Shown here piece after piece: positions 1-10,844 of a stretch of 64,000 nt of DNA. Position numbers and translations under genes: made by a program. Source of the DNA: Macrostomum lignano. Taxonomy: Eukaryota. The stretch covers positions 1-64,000 of the forward strand of contig NIVC01001918.1 of assembly GCA_002269645.1 (NCBI GenBank), read 5' to 3'. The notes under the pieces are model-generated. The model ran no database searches. It saw only the letters and a list, made by a program, of their open reading frames with translations, and was not told the origin of the DNA. The number at the start of each line of letters is the position of its first letter. Position 1 is the stretch's first letter.

Positions 1-649
1 TTATGAACTGCCAACTGAAATGACCCTACATTGATTGTAAACTCTTTGTTTTAAGACTTTTACAATCCGCTGACTTCGAATGCCATTTTGCTGACCCCTG
101 AGCACGCATGCAAACGGTAAGTAGCGATATACAGGCCATAAACTCACATATGCATGCACGCACCCTGACTCTCGTACCAACCACTGAATAGCATACCACG
201 GGCAGAATAGTGCCATCAATAGTAGTATCTATCGTTTAATAACTATTGGTTGACAATAAATTTCCGAATCCATAGATTATTTTAGGAACAGCGGAAACCG
301 TTAACTCGGGGGGATGACCGACGGGGGTCGCATTATTTGGCCTCTCGCCACGGCCACAGAGCAAAGTTTATCGCGACAGTGAGTTCAGCAGCTCAGGAGG
401 CCGGATAAGCCTGCCTGTCATTAGTCAGCTGAAACCAGAAATCATTTTTCACTTCGATGCATCCTGACCCATCCTGATCCCCTCACTCACTCTCCGATCC
501 CGAGTATTTAATGATCCGCAAATGACGCTAACTTTCCCTGGCGCCAGTGTTCGCACAGTTTTTTTTGGTAATTTCATCGACAGATTCAGTCCCCGCTCTA
601 AGGCTGGTGCAGTCACAGCTAGCAAAAGGTGACGTTTCAAAGTCAAATC

Positions 650-1615
650 ATGGCTACTTTCTGTCTGCACTGCCACTTGTACAGCCCGAACGGCACCCTG
701 CTTGAGACCATCAAGACGGTCTCCGCTCCGGTCTCAGCCGATGCTACGGTCGCCACGAAAATGACAGCCGGCATGATCAGCCGACTTTCCCTGACTCTGA
801 CGGACGCGTATTTCTACAGCCTGCCACCGATGCTCAGCGCCACCTTCGTCTGGTCGATCTGGCAGCTGAGCAGCCTGCTGCTGCTTCCAGGTCGATATCT
901 GGCCGGCTGTAGGATTCCTCTGCTCGCGCTGAGCATCTACAATGTCACGACGGCGCTGTCTGCCGGAGTTCTGCACGCAGCTGCCTACGTAGAGGGTGGC
1001 GCGGGCGCCGGCTGCAGTCGCTTGCCGACCTCCGCCGCGCTGCACGACTGGGCCGCATGCGGCTACGCCTGGACTCTGCTGCTGTCTCTGCTGTTGGAGC
1101 CCTGGCGTCTTGGTGTCCACCGTCCAGCCGTTCTGATCATCGCTACCATCTCCGTCGGCTGCGCCGCGCTGGCCCTGACTCTGCCGCTGAGCTGGACAAC
1201 AACTTTGGTGACAACTTCTTCATCGGGAGCAGCCGGCTCGCCTGTTGTCACGATTGTCCAGCTGCCGTCATCGTCGGGCTATCGGATTGTCCGCGTCGCC
1301 GTTGGATTCGTTGGGCCGCTGCTTGTCCTGCTGCCGTTGATGCTGCTGCTGCTGCTGTGCCGACGCTCTGCAGAGTTCGACGATTCTCACGACGAGAAGG
1401 TGGCCGCTCAGCTGTTCGGCCTGCTTGCGATGAACTTCCTGACTCTGGCTGGACCGCTGATCTGCCTGAGGTGCTGCGCGGATCTGGTGCTGGCGGACCG
1501 GCGGCGACAGTTGGACACTCGGTGGCAGTTGACGGCTCTGGAGCGGCTTTTCGGCCTGCTCTACTATGCTCACTGCGCCGGTGTCGCAGCTGCTGATGGC
1601 ACTGCTAACTGGTAG
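650..1615 (+). CDS. Intronless, highly divergent class A (rhodopsin-like) 7TM orphan GPCR
   Basis: Seven hydrophobic segments with class A landmarks in degenerate form: Cys at top of TM3 (GCSRL), LEPW at the DRY position, TM4 ending LPLSW, TM5 FVGPLLVL, TM6 FLTLAGP, TM7 LLYYAHC. First in-frame ATG at 650; alternative ATG at 761. Confidence 0.7.
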   Translation: MATFCLHCHLYSPNGTLLETIKTVSAPVSADATVATKMTAGMISRLSLTLTDAYFYSLPPMLSATFVWSIWQLSSLLLLPGRYLAGCRIPLLALSIYNVTTALSAGVLHAAAYVEGGAGAGCSRLPTSAALHDWAACGYAWTLLLSLLLEPWRLGVHRPAVLIIATISVGCAALALTLPLSWTTTLVTTSSSGAAGSPVVTIVQLPSSSGYRIVRVAVGFVGPLLVLLPLMLLLLLCRRSAEFDDSHDEKVAAQLFGLLAMNFLTLAGPLICLRCCADLVLADRRRQLDTRWQLTALERLFGLLYYAHCAGVAAADGTANW

Positions 1616-1721
1616 AAGGCAGCGATCTGATGAACTTGACAATTAGTCAGGCAGCATACCAAATTATCATAGTTGTGAAGTAAAGTTTTCAAATAGCGGC
1701 AGTTGCAAATAGCATGTCAAT

Positions 1722-2028
1722 CAGGGGTCGGCAAACGCGTCCTATGATCGAAACGTCACAAAGCAATCTGGCTCGCTGAAGGCTTGTCTCTTCTCAGCTC
1801 TCTTTTCCTTAATATCCTCTCTCCTCTCCTCTCCTCTCCTCTATCTCTACTTTTTCCTTCTCTCTTCTTTCTCTCCTCACCCTCTCTCATTTCCTCTCCC
1901 AATTCTTCTATCTCCGATCTCTCTCATCTCTTCTCTATTCTCTCTCCTCTCCCCCTCCTCTGACCTGCAGACATGCACTATAGGTTCTCTATCTGGCCAT
2001 TGAGATAAAAACATATTTGCGACCCCTG
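1722..2028. mobile_element. hAT-like MITE (~307 bp) with CT-rich interior
   Basis: Left end CAGGGGTCGGCAAA (1722) and right end TTTGCGACCCCTG (ends 2028) are inverted repeats of the CAGGGGT type. Flanks ATGTCAAT and ATGTAAAC match at 6/8, consistent with a decayed 8-bp TSD. Confidence 0.65.
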
Positions 2029-2429
2029 ATGTAAACAGATGCTTGCATTGAGAAAAGCGTTCCACTTGTTAGCTCGTATTTGTTTTCTTTTATGCATCTT
2101 ACGTAATTCATCGAAGAAAAAAAGTTCTTTAAAACATGCAGCACGTTGGAGTACTGGATTAGAAATTCCAGCGGATCTCGAGCGGAGCGGTATCGCATTT
2201 TTTGACTCACTTCGAGCGTATTTAACTTCCTAATTTGTTTGGTCCTCACACATGTTTATGCAATTCGTTCTTATTTGTGCCCTCTCGTTAGGCAAATCGA
2301 CAGTTAAGGCGCAGAGTGAACACCGAATGAAACTCAGAAAGTCAGGCCAGGTGCACATCCTATTAGAGACAGAGGGCTGTGTGCACCCTTGGAGCAGATT
2401 GAGTGACATTGTCACACAACCGACGAGAG

Positions 2430-2660
2430 GCATTACTGTTCATTCCGCCGACTCCCTCTGAGCAGGCACACAAGCGCACGCAGTCATACGCACAGGCACA
2501 CCTCTCACAGGAGTGTACAGCGACCCTAACTTTATTCATCGTTAGGACTGTGTCTTGGGGGTTGGCCCTCAAGGGCGTTGATTGCACGAGCAGAGCCAAG
2601 CCGAGATTCCAATTTAGCCCCAAATTAATGTGACTGCACTTGGAATCGCGCTGGGCCACT
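2430..2660 (-). mobile_element. Dispersed SINE-like repeat, family A copy
   Basis: Reverse complement contains TAATTTGGGGCT..GAGGGCCAACCCCCAAGACACAG, a hairpin, and CTCAGAGGGAGTCGGCGGAATG, shared with copies at 3366, 10485/10690, 34295, 36370 and 39545. Confidence 0.6.
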
Positions 2661-2999
2661 GGGCTACAGACTCCTTACAAACAACTGTGATATTTAAATC
2701 TCCAAAAGTCCGTTTTCAACATTACTCGGTAAAATTGAAAGACTTCAGACACAACCTCAGATCGAACAGAACTTGTAAAACTGGTCCTTTTCTGATCATT
2801 AAATTCAGAAAATGAGAAATTAAACAACTCAGCAGTAATAAAAGTGCAAATTTCCAATCTAACTGAGGGATTCTGCAGCGTTTAAAAGAGCTACGAGTAT
2901 ATTGCTTCGCTTAAGCAGGGTTTTATCGCCGTACACCAGTCATTGTGCTGGAAACCAGATACCAGAAGTTCAGAGTCAATTCAGTTGCGGCGGCTAAAG

Positions 3000-5491
3000 C
3001 TAAATGGAGGTCCTCGGCGAGCCAAACCAGCGCCTGATGATGAAGGTTGACAAGCCGGTGCAGCAGAGCATCGCGATTGAGCCCAGTGCGCCGCGAGCGT
3101 TCACCCATTTGCGAATATTTAAAAGGCGATAAACATCTTGAGCAATGTTCGAGTAGGAACTTTCAATGTCCGAAATTACTTCAGCAAGACGTGCATTGAT
3201 GCGGGAAGCAGCTTCCTGAATTTGGAATAGCGAACTCAGTAAAGGACAATTGAAGTAAGAAAGACGGACCAATTATATGGCATGAGTTTTCCAACAGTAC
3301 TTAGCTATAAACGCGACTAACTCTCGCGCCATCGCGCAAGGCGTTGCCGTACGATTCACACCCATGCAGAGGGCCAACCCCCAAGGCACACAGAGTGTAC
3401 ATGCTGACGATTAGAGAGTCAGGGATGCTGTACAACCTGTGTGAGCGTGTCTACAAGAGCGTGCCTACGTGCAGTATGTGCTCAAGAGTCAGCGGGAATG
3501 GGAAGAATTGCCTCAACGCTGGTTGTGGGACGATGTCGCCGAAGACGTTGCGCCAGGGTGCCCACAACCGTCTTGCGAATTTTAATTTTTTACTGCTTGT
3601 ATTTCAAAACAGAGATGAGATAAAGAGTATGAATGAGTCTTAGGCATTTTTTGCAGCCCATGTGGGTTTACGCGCATTTAATTTAATTCGAGATACGTTT
3701 GCCAATGTAACGGAGGTTTTGTCGATGGTAGCAAGGCTGGCACAGTGGCATTTACGAGCGTAATTTGGTCCAACAAGCATCAATTTGGTCCATAGCTTCA
3801 TTTGCAACTGTTGCGGAGGATCAAGATCAGTCCCAGAATGGTGGACCATACGCTAGGTTGTCGAACGCATGCCACTGGCTTGTGGTTGAATCACTCGACA
3901 GAGGTGAACACCCAAATAAAGTTGCAAGGTTTGTTGAATATACTCGTAGAAGAAAGATGGTTTACAGCATCCATCAGCGCGTTGAAACCACTGCTGGCAT
4001 AGGTCGCCTGAGAAAAAGTGGCAATCGCCAAGGCAAGTTGCTAGAGCCTCAGGTCCAACTGCTACTCGATGCGATTGAGACGAAGCCTTTGTTGACGTTG
4101 CAGAAAATGCAGCCAGTTGACGGAACAGTTCCAGTTGGTTATCTGATTTCGATTATCAGCAGAGCTCTGGAAAAGCGACTGAAAACTGTTGGTACAGATA
4201 CTGACATTCCATTCACAACAACCCACAGGTTGCAAATGGCTCACAGGGGTTTTGGACCAAATTGATGCTTGTTGGACCAAATTAAATGCCGCTGTGACAG
4301 CCCTGCCACCATAGACAAAAGCTCCGTTACACTGGCAAACGTGCAACTTCAAAAAAGGCTTGTCTATCTCTACGAGAACATTCGCACGCCAACATTGCAT
4401 TAGTACTTGCCGTAGAAACGTTGTGAACTTTTCCAAGGTTGTCACGCACAATGCGGAAATCTTGTACCTTTTTAGGATCCATGAGAGCCACAATGATTCT
4501 AATCGTTTTTGCAGATCCATAATTTTTTATGCAAATTTGATAGATATCTGCAAATGACCATGAGATGCAATTAGTTATCCGCGAACTAAAAAAGGTTGTA
4601 ACTATGCTCAGAAACACTTGTAACTATATTTATAGCGACAATACATATACTCTTTATGGTTGCGACTTACACAGTTGTAATTTTAAGCGACTAAATGATT
4701 GTTATAAGTAAACTGAGACGCACAGAAGCTACAGGTATTTCTCAAGCGAGAAGCTATATTTTACCTGTTCTCGCAACATCTGTCACCGTTATCTTAGCCT
4801 TGCCTTGGTCTCCCAGCTTGCCAGTCCTAAGGACATCGCCTTCCGAATTGCTCACTTCAATTTCGGTATCGAGATCCCAATACTTCGTGGCCTGGAATTC
4901 AAAATCCATGAAAAGAGTCCATGAAAGAGTGTTTAACGGCGTGAGACAGCATCTCAAATCTGTAATAATCTGTAGAAATATAGCTGTAAACGCTACACAG
5001 AAAGACCTAAGAACTATGTGTAATTTTTAGAAGGGGCGTAGCATGTGTCCCGCCAGGCGAATTGATGCTTTCACTTGCATTACCCCACTTGCTTTTGGCT
5101 TTTCCACTTGCATTACCCCACTGATGTGCTCTATCAGTCTAAGATTTTCATTTGCAAAAACAAACAGCAGGCAGTCATTTGAACAGTAAAACAAAACACC
5201 AACAAAAGCATGGCAGGAGAAATTCCGCATCCCGAGAGCAACAGTGAAAAAGCAGAACTCTTCTTTGGCGGCAAAATCCTGGTGAAGTCTATAAAAGTAG
5301 CCGAACGTGTTCCTGATCCCGATCCTGCCGGAGAAAGTTGTCTCAGGTCGGCTGGATTCAACTGAGATGCTGAGCTCTTTGGTTTTTTCATCTTCGAACA
5401 CTTCAACAGTGCTTGAGAAGACGGCTCGAGGACCCGACAGTGATAGAAGCAATAAAAAGCAGGTTAATTGCTGAGTCCAGACGTACGTCAT
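3000..5491 (-). CDS. p24/emp24/TMED family GOLD-domain cargo receptor (divergent), 4 exons
   Basis: Exon 1 from ATG 5491: signal peptide, then AKEEFCFF; 3' end ~5200, uncertain. Exon 2 ~4891-4765: WDLDTEIEVSNSEGDVL. Exon 3 4547-~4400: joined in phase 1 (ACA G|AT ATC) to give TDIYQICIKNYGSAK, a GOLD motif; its donor is ambiguous. Exon 4 ~3215-3000: coiled coil EAASRINARL, TM helix and short tail IIRRWFGSPRTSI*. Confidence 0.75.
3366..3575 (+). mobile_element. Dispersed SINE-like repeat, family A copy
   Basis: GAGGGCCAACCCCCAAGGCACA..CTGACGATTAGAGAGTCAGG..TGTGTGAGCGTG..GAATTGCCTCAACGCTGGTTGTGGGACGATGTCGCCGAAG; 3' part closely matches 36540-36690. Confidence 0.65.
3755..4284 (+). mobile_element. 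Internally deleted Tc1/mariner(IS630)-type DNA transposon in a p24 intron
   Basis: Perfect 32-bp inverted repeats at 3761-3792 and 4253-4284, each containing two AATTTGGTCCA direct repeats. Interior translates to an HTH-like transposase N-terminus (VVESLDRGEHPNKVARF..VYSIHQR..G..KLLEPQVQLLLDAIETKPLLTL..SIISRAL). No DDE domain seen. Confidence 0.7.
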
Positions 5492-8340
5492 TCTAATCTT
5501 GGTGCCTCCGGAAGTTCTGCAGTTGAGTTATTGGGTTCACATTTTCAACGCATTTTCATTTTCAAGGGGACATGACCCTCCTTGACCTCTATTTGGATGG
5601 TCCCCAATGCAGTTAAGCAATCATTAGAAATATCAGGGAAGCAGCTACCCCCTCTGCTGCGCCCCCTCCTGTTCCGCGGTGTCTGAAGTGTGCGTGTAAA
5701 ATGTAGGCCTACACAAGTTAGTGAGGATATAGTCATGCTTACCGTAGTGTGTATTGGTTCCTTTACTTCTAAGCTGGTATTGCAGATTTTTGTGTGAAAG
5801 AAATCGCATGAAAATTTGAGACTACCCAGCAGAAAAGCAGTTTTTTATCAGTATCGAACCGACAGCAACTCTGTAAATCAATGCGAAGAGATTGAGAGGC
5901 TAAATGTACAATTTAACAGTGACTCTCGCTGCCCTTCCAACTCAGTGTTATTTATTTGCTGCTTGCTGAAGCCTGATCTGGGATAAATTGATCCATACAA
6001 CCCAAGAGCCCGCGTGCTGCTGGCGTACGGAAGCGTGGAAACAGACCGAAAATTTGGTTGACGTGTCAATTGAGAAAAAATGCTAGGGTAGAAAGATGAC
6101 GAAATAGCTGCATGGAGAGATAACGAGCTCATATATCTACATGTGAGTAGAGAAAACCAGTAACTCGAAGCTTATTTTCTTCCAAAAACGTATAAACTCT
6201 TGAATTGGCTGACTGTTGTTTATTGCTTTTTTTCATGGAATCTAAACCTTCTGGGCTGGGCTGCGCAGGATGACTTTTATAAAACGTCCTCAGATACTGT
6301 ATATGCACATGTAGATCACAAGGACTACTTAAGTAGTTCTTGGTAGATCAAAAAGGTGGCAGAGCACCTCAGCAGGAAACGCCGCGCGTCTGAGTCTCTC
6401 GCGCCAAACAAACTCTGGCTCGATTCTGTACTATAAAGGCCAGATTCATTTTGGCTTGTGCCAATCTGAACTGGACGCCCACCTCACCTCCAAAATCGGC
6501 TCAATTATTACGGCGCCATAGTGTGTTGGGAGTCCTCGCTGCTTTATTTAATGAATACATGTATGCATGTACACTATTCGATGCACGCACACTTGTGCCC
6601 GCGTGTTCGTAGCCTAAACACAGCGAACACCATATATTTTACGCAAACTTGATCTGTCACATTCGTTCATGTTTGGTGAGTACAACATAAATGAAAAAGA
6701 AGCTGTACAGCATGTATCATGCAGCGCAATTCTCCTCTCTAAACGGAAAGTTTATCTCAGTAACAGGGCAACTGGAGTACAATCTATAGTTTTACAGAAA
6801 TTCGAAGAAGTAACTCTGTAAATTAACAACCAAAGTCATCGAACTAAAATGATCCAGAGCTTAAAAATAAGGTGGCATTACTAATGTTTTGCATACATAA
6901 GCACGTTAGTAAATCATTAGCTTTGTACATGTAGCTTATAAACTTGAATTTTATTCGAAAATCTAACTATAAAGCTAAAGTTTGCAGGAAAAGAAGACAC
7001 ATCGAATTAAAATAGAGATTGGTGAGCAATTACTTCGCTCAAAAAGTACATGAACTTCGCAAAGTTGTTAATGTTAGCGAAGTCCTATCCAAAAAATGAA
7101 GTCCTATATCCTATATCCTAGTAATTCGCTTAAGTTATCAAAAGGAACCACTGAAGTTATAATCATATTCCAGTTGTCCTTGAGTTAACATCGGTTTTTG
7201 AGTCAACAAATTTGACCTACATGAATGCACAGTTTTCTGAAGCAGTTCACGCTATAACAAAATATAAACAAATATACCAGCTAAATATGCCTAAATTATG
7301 AGGAAAAATTGTCGCATAAAAATTGAATGATTTAAATAAGCAAATTTGACAGTTTTTTAAAATTTAATAAAAAATGTGCTAAGGCTGTTTTTAAAATTGT
7401 TTATCTGCCAATAATATTTAAGGACCCATTTTGGCCTTAAGTATTGAACCAGGTCTTAATTCTCTGTCATCTGTTTCTATGAGTATGTTTGAAAAAAATG
7501 CTTTCAGAGAATCTTGAACTTCAAGTATAAAAGTTCTTCTGATTTTATGAAACTTTTGTCAGAGACTTATCAGATTCCTAGTACAGTGTACATGAGAAAA
7601 TATTGAAAATTACATTCGTTGTTTGCACACTGTCACATTGTTCTTCCCAATCCCAAGTTCCCATGTTTTAAAGACGACTAGGGCCTATACTATACCCAGT
7701 GGTAGGCCTAGGTTATAACCTTAGTGGCTAGGTGGTCCCAAATTATCAAGAGTCAATAAACTGTAGTGTTTATAGGCCTAATAGAACTCTGACTAAGTGT
7801 CTATTGAAGTGCGTGCAGTGATTTCGTCTGCTGAACAAAGTTTTTCAGACAGAAAAATAGGACGCGCGTCACAGTTCCATTATCCTTGGTCCGAGGCATG
7901 GACTTAAGTGAATTAAAAGAAACATACAGAATTTACTTGTTTGAATAGAAGGAACTTCACATATTCAGTTAGATAAGAAATGTGACCAAATGAAAAAATG
8001 TGAAAAATGTATTTTTAGGCCTGGTTAAAAAATAACCTAAATAACTAAAAAAGAGAAATAAGTGGTATAAAAATAAGTATTCTATAGGAAAAAAACTTTA
8101 TAACAATATGTCACTTGAATTGATTAGGACTAGACCTAGTAAAACATTAGTTGAATAATTGTGGAGCTGTATTTATCTAACTAAACATACTTTTTACTAG
8201 AAACTAGAAATTGAGTCCAATTACTCAAAAAATAGGCCTAGTATTATCAAAAAGTCAAAATTTATATAGACAACAGAGTTAAACTTAAAATATTTTTTTA
8301 GAAATTATTTTATAATAAATTTATTATCTAAAACAATACA

Positions 8341-8730
8341 AAAGATAGCCATATACCAAGATGGCCACAACATTAAATATTTGTTATTAATATTATATCT
8401 AGTTTTTATTCACTAATGTCTAGACTAAATCAATAATGATAGGCCTAACCCTAGCTTAGGTCTTTAAATTTCAATTATTTCTTATTGATAGTAATTTATA
8501 TTAGGTATCAATCTTCAAGTCTTAAGGAGATAGATACTATAATAGATCTTTAAAGTTTTTGTATTATGGGTAATTATTTTTAAATCCATTATTGTTTCAA
8601 TATTTATAAATATGATTGATTAAACATGTTATATAAAAATAATATAACAATAGATTATATTTCTAATTAATATTAAAATTAAATAAATAGAAAAAAAATA
8701 TTGTGGCCATCTTGGTATGTGGCCATCTTA
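8341..8730. mobile_element. AT-rich MITE-like element with 30-bp inverted ends
   Basis: 8341-8370 and 8701-8730 are reverse complements at 27/30 positions (AAGATGGCCACAA / TTGTGGCCATCTT core). TSD not evident. Confidence 0.55.
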
Positions 8731-9223
8731 GGCTTGTACCAGACTGCTTGCATTATTTAGTAGATAAATATCTATAGGCCAGACTATAATTAAAGCTAAA
8801 GCCAAAGGGAATGTTTATTTATTGTATAATTATAATTCTATCTTATATCTAAAGCTGAGCGGACCAATCAATCAATTGACTAGTGATACATATCACTAGG
8901 GACTGGGTTTAACACATATCTCCTCCTAGATGGCTGGCAACTCAAATGTGGGACTAATATATATCAATGCAGAATTGTCCTATACAACAAATAGGCTATT
9001 TTAATTTTGAATTTTTCAAAATTAAGTCTGTTAAAAAAGCAGACAACTGTTTTCTTAACCTTCTTTGGCCACTTTTTCTGCTCTGAACTAAAAATTTTCA
9101 TCAATTTTGAGCAATTATGCTACAATTTTTTCCTATCTTGCCAGTATATTTTCTCCAGTGAGGGGATAGGGGCATTTTAAGTGGCTGTGTATATACATTT
9201 GGACCTTGCTAACTGGCGGACAG

Positions 9224-9531
9224 CCCTATTGCAGCCAATGGCCATTTTCGTGGACGGCATCCGGCGCGGATTGGCCTGGCGGCAGCGCGGTGCACTGCGG
9301 CGGCGCGACGCATGGCGGCGGCGCGTGGTGGCGTGGTGTGTGGCGGCGGCGCACGGCGGCGTGGCGCGGGGGCATGGGAGAGGGGTGCGGGGGCACACGT
9401 GGGGAGGGGCACAGAGGGGAGAATTGAACCAAATCACTGATCCTGGGGACTGGCCTTGGCGCAGTACGGGTAGATGTCTGGCGCGGGAAAGGGGGGCATC
9501 CGGCGCGGTTCAGACCTTGGCTGCAATAGGG
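9224..9531. mobile_element. GC-rich MITE, 308 bp, 15-bp perfect TIR and perfect 8-bp TSD
   Basis: TIR CCCTATTGCAGCCAA (9224-9238) / TTGGCTGCAATAGGG (9517-9531). TSD GCGGACAG at 9216-9223 and 9532-9539. Subterminal direct repeat GGCATCCGGCGCGG occurs twice. Confidence 0.9.
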
Positions 9532-10844
9532 GCGGACAGTGAAATTCAATGCATAAACTTGCAAGCCTCTCACTGTAGTAGGCAGTGAATGTACATTCAA
9601 AAATTCAATGCTTTAAACTAGGAAATTTCAAATGCAAACTGTTCCTTGAGTTTTGAACTTTGAAAGAAGAGACTTACATTGCTGGAACAATCTTTCAACA
9701 CTAAGTTTGGTGATGTAAGTTGTTTGCTTTAAATATAAAAAAGAAAAGTACAGAGCATTAGTTTGTTCATTAGTTTGATTCAAATTCTTGTTTCTGAAAC
9801 AATATATATAAAATTAGCATGCAAGCAACTCTATTCTTTGCATAAATTTCATTCTAATTTATAATGATATAGAATCAAAAAGCTCGGAATTTTGTTCCCA
9901 TAGATACCTGCCATGATCTAAACTATAGGTTACAAATTATTATATGTATGCCTAAATAAAAAATCTAAATGTATTCCTAAGTATTCTACTATTAGAATGC
10001 ATTAACAATGGCAATGGTTGTCTGCCAAAATGTGAATTTTTTGAAGACTAATAGTGATACTTTAACCTATGGTTTATCAATAGATCTCATTTATTATATC
10101 AAAATGATTAATATTGCATTTATCTTAATGTTAGCCCTTATTATCTTAATCATGCAATGTGTATACAACATTGAAAATCTCCATTCTTCAAGTCCTTGAC
10201 TAGTGACCACAGGCTTGAGGGTTCTTTTTGCATAGAAAATAAAAATGTATAGTATATACACAATAAAATAAATATATATTATATATTTCAAATCCATTAT
10301 TTGATCCATTATATCCATTATTTAAAGTATTTATAATACATAGTATAGTATGAGTACTATGCTATACAAAAATATTTTGTGACAATATTTTTCTTTAAAG
10401 ATAGAAAATTTTGTAAAAAAATTTTTTTGGGTTTAGGTTTAATGAAAACAGTGACTTTGACTTACTAATTGTTTGGGATGTGCACTTCTGTGTCTTGGGG
10501 GTTGGCCCTTATGATTGTGGATTGCATAGCCCCCTAGGTCATTTTTGTGCACACCCACCTTTGGGTAAATGGCAGGAGTAACTTTGACTGCATTATTAAG
10601 GCTAAATGAGTTGTCATCTAGTTAGTACTTTGTCTCTATTTTGGGTGGGCATTTTTGCGATTTACCTTGTCTGGACCCTTCGCCAGCCAGCGGCTGGCCG
10701 GGTGTTGCGCATGTATGCTCCTGATGATTAGAAAGTCAGGACTGCTCTAAAACATGTGTGAGTGTGTGTATTAGTGCATGATCAAGAGTACATTTGTGCT
10801 TTCTGAACGGTATTACAATATTGCTATCCAGCATAATTAAACAG

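Noticed and set aside
5878-6132. Minus-strand ORFs upstream of the p24 gene as a second GOLD-like exon
   Set aside because: Resemblance limited to a few residues (KFSVCFH); no supporting exon chain.
6431-6440. TATA box (CTATAAAGG) of a bidirectional p24/TPR promoter
   Set aside because: Single short motif with no TSS evidence; not supportable from sequence alone.
10720-10740. CTGATGA-TTA-GAAA as a hammerhead ribozyme core
   Set aside because: No stem II between CUGAUGA and GAAA, no stem III or cleavage triplet, and other family copies do not conserve the core.
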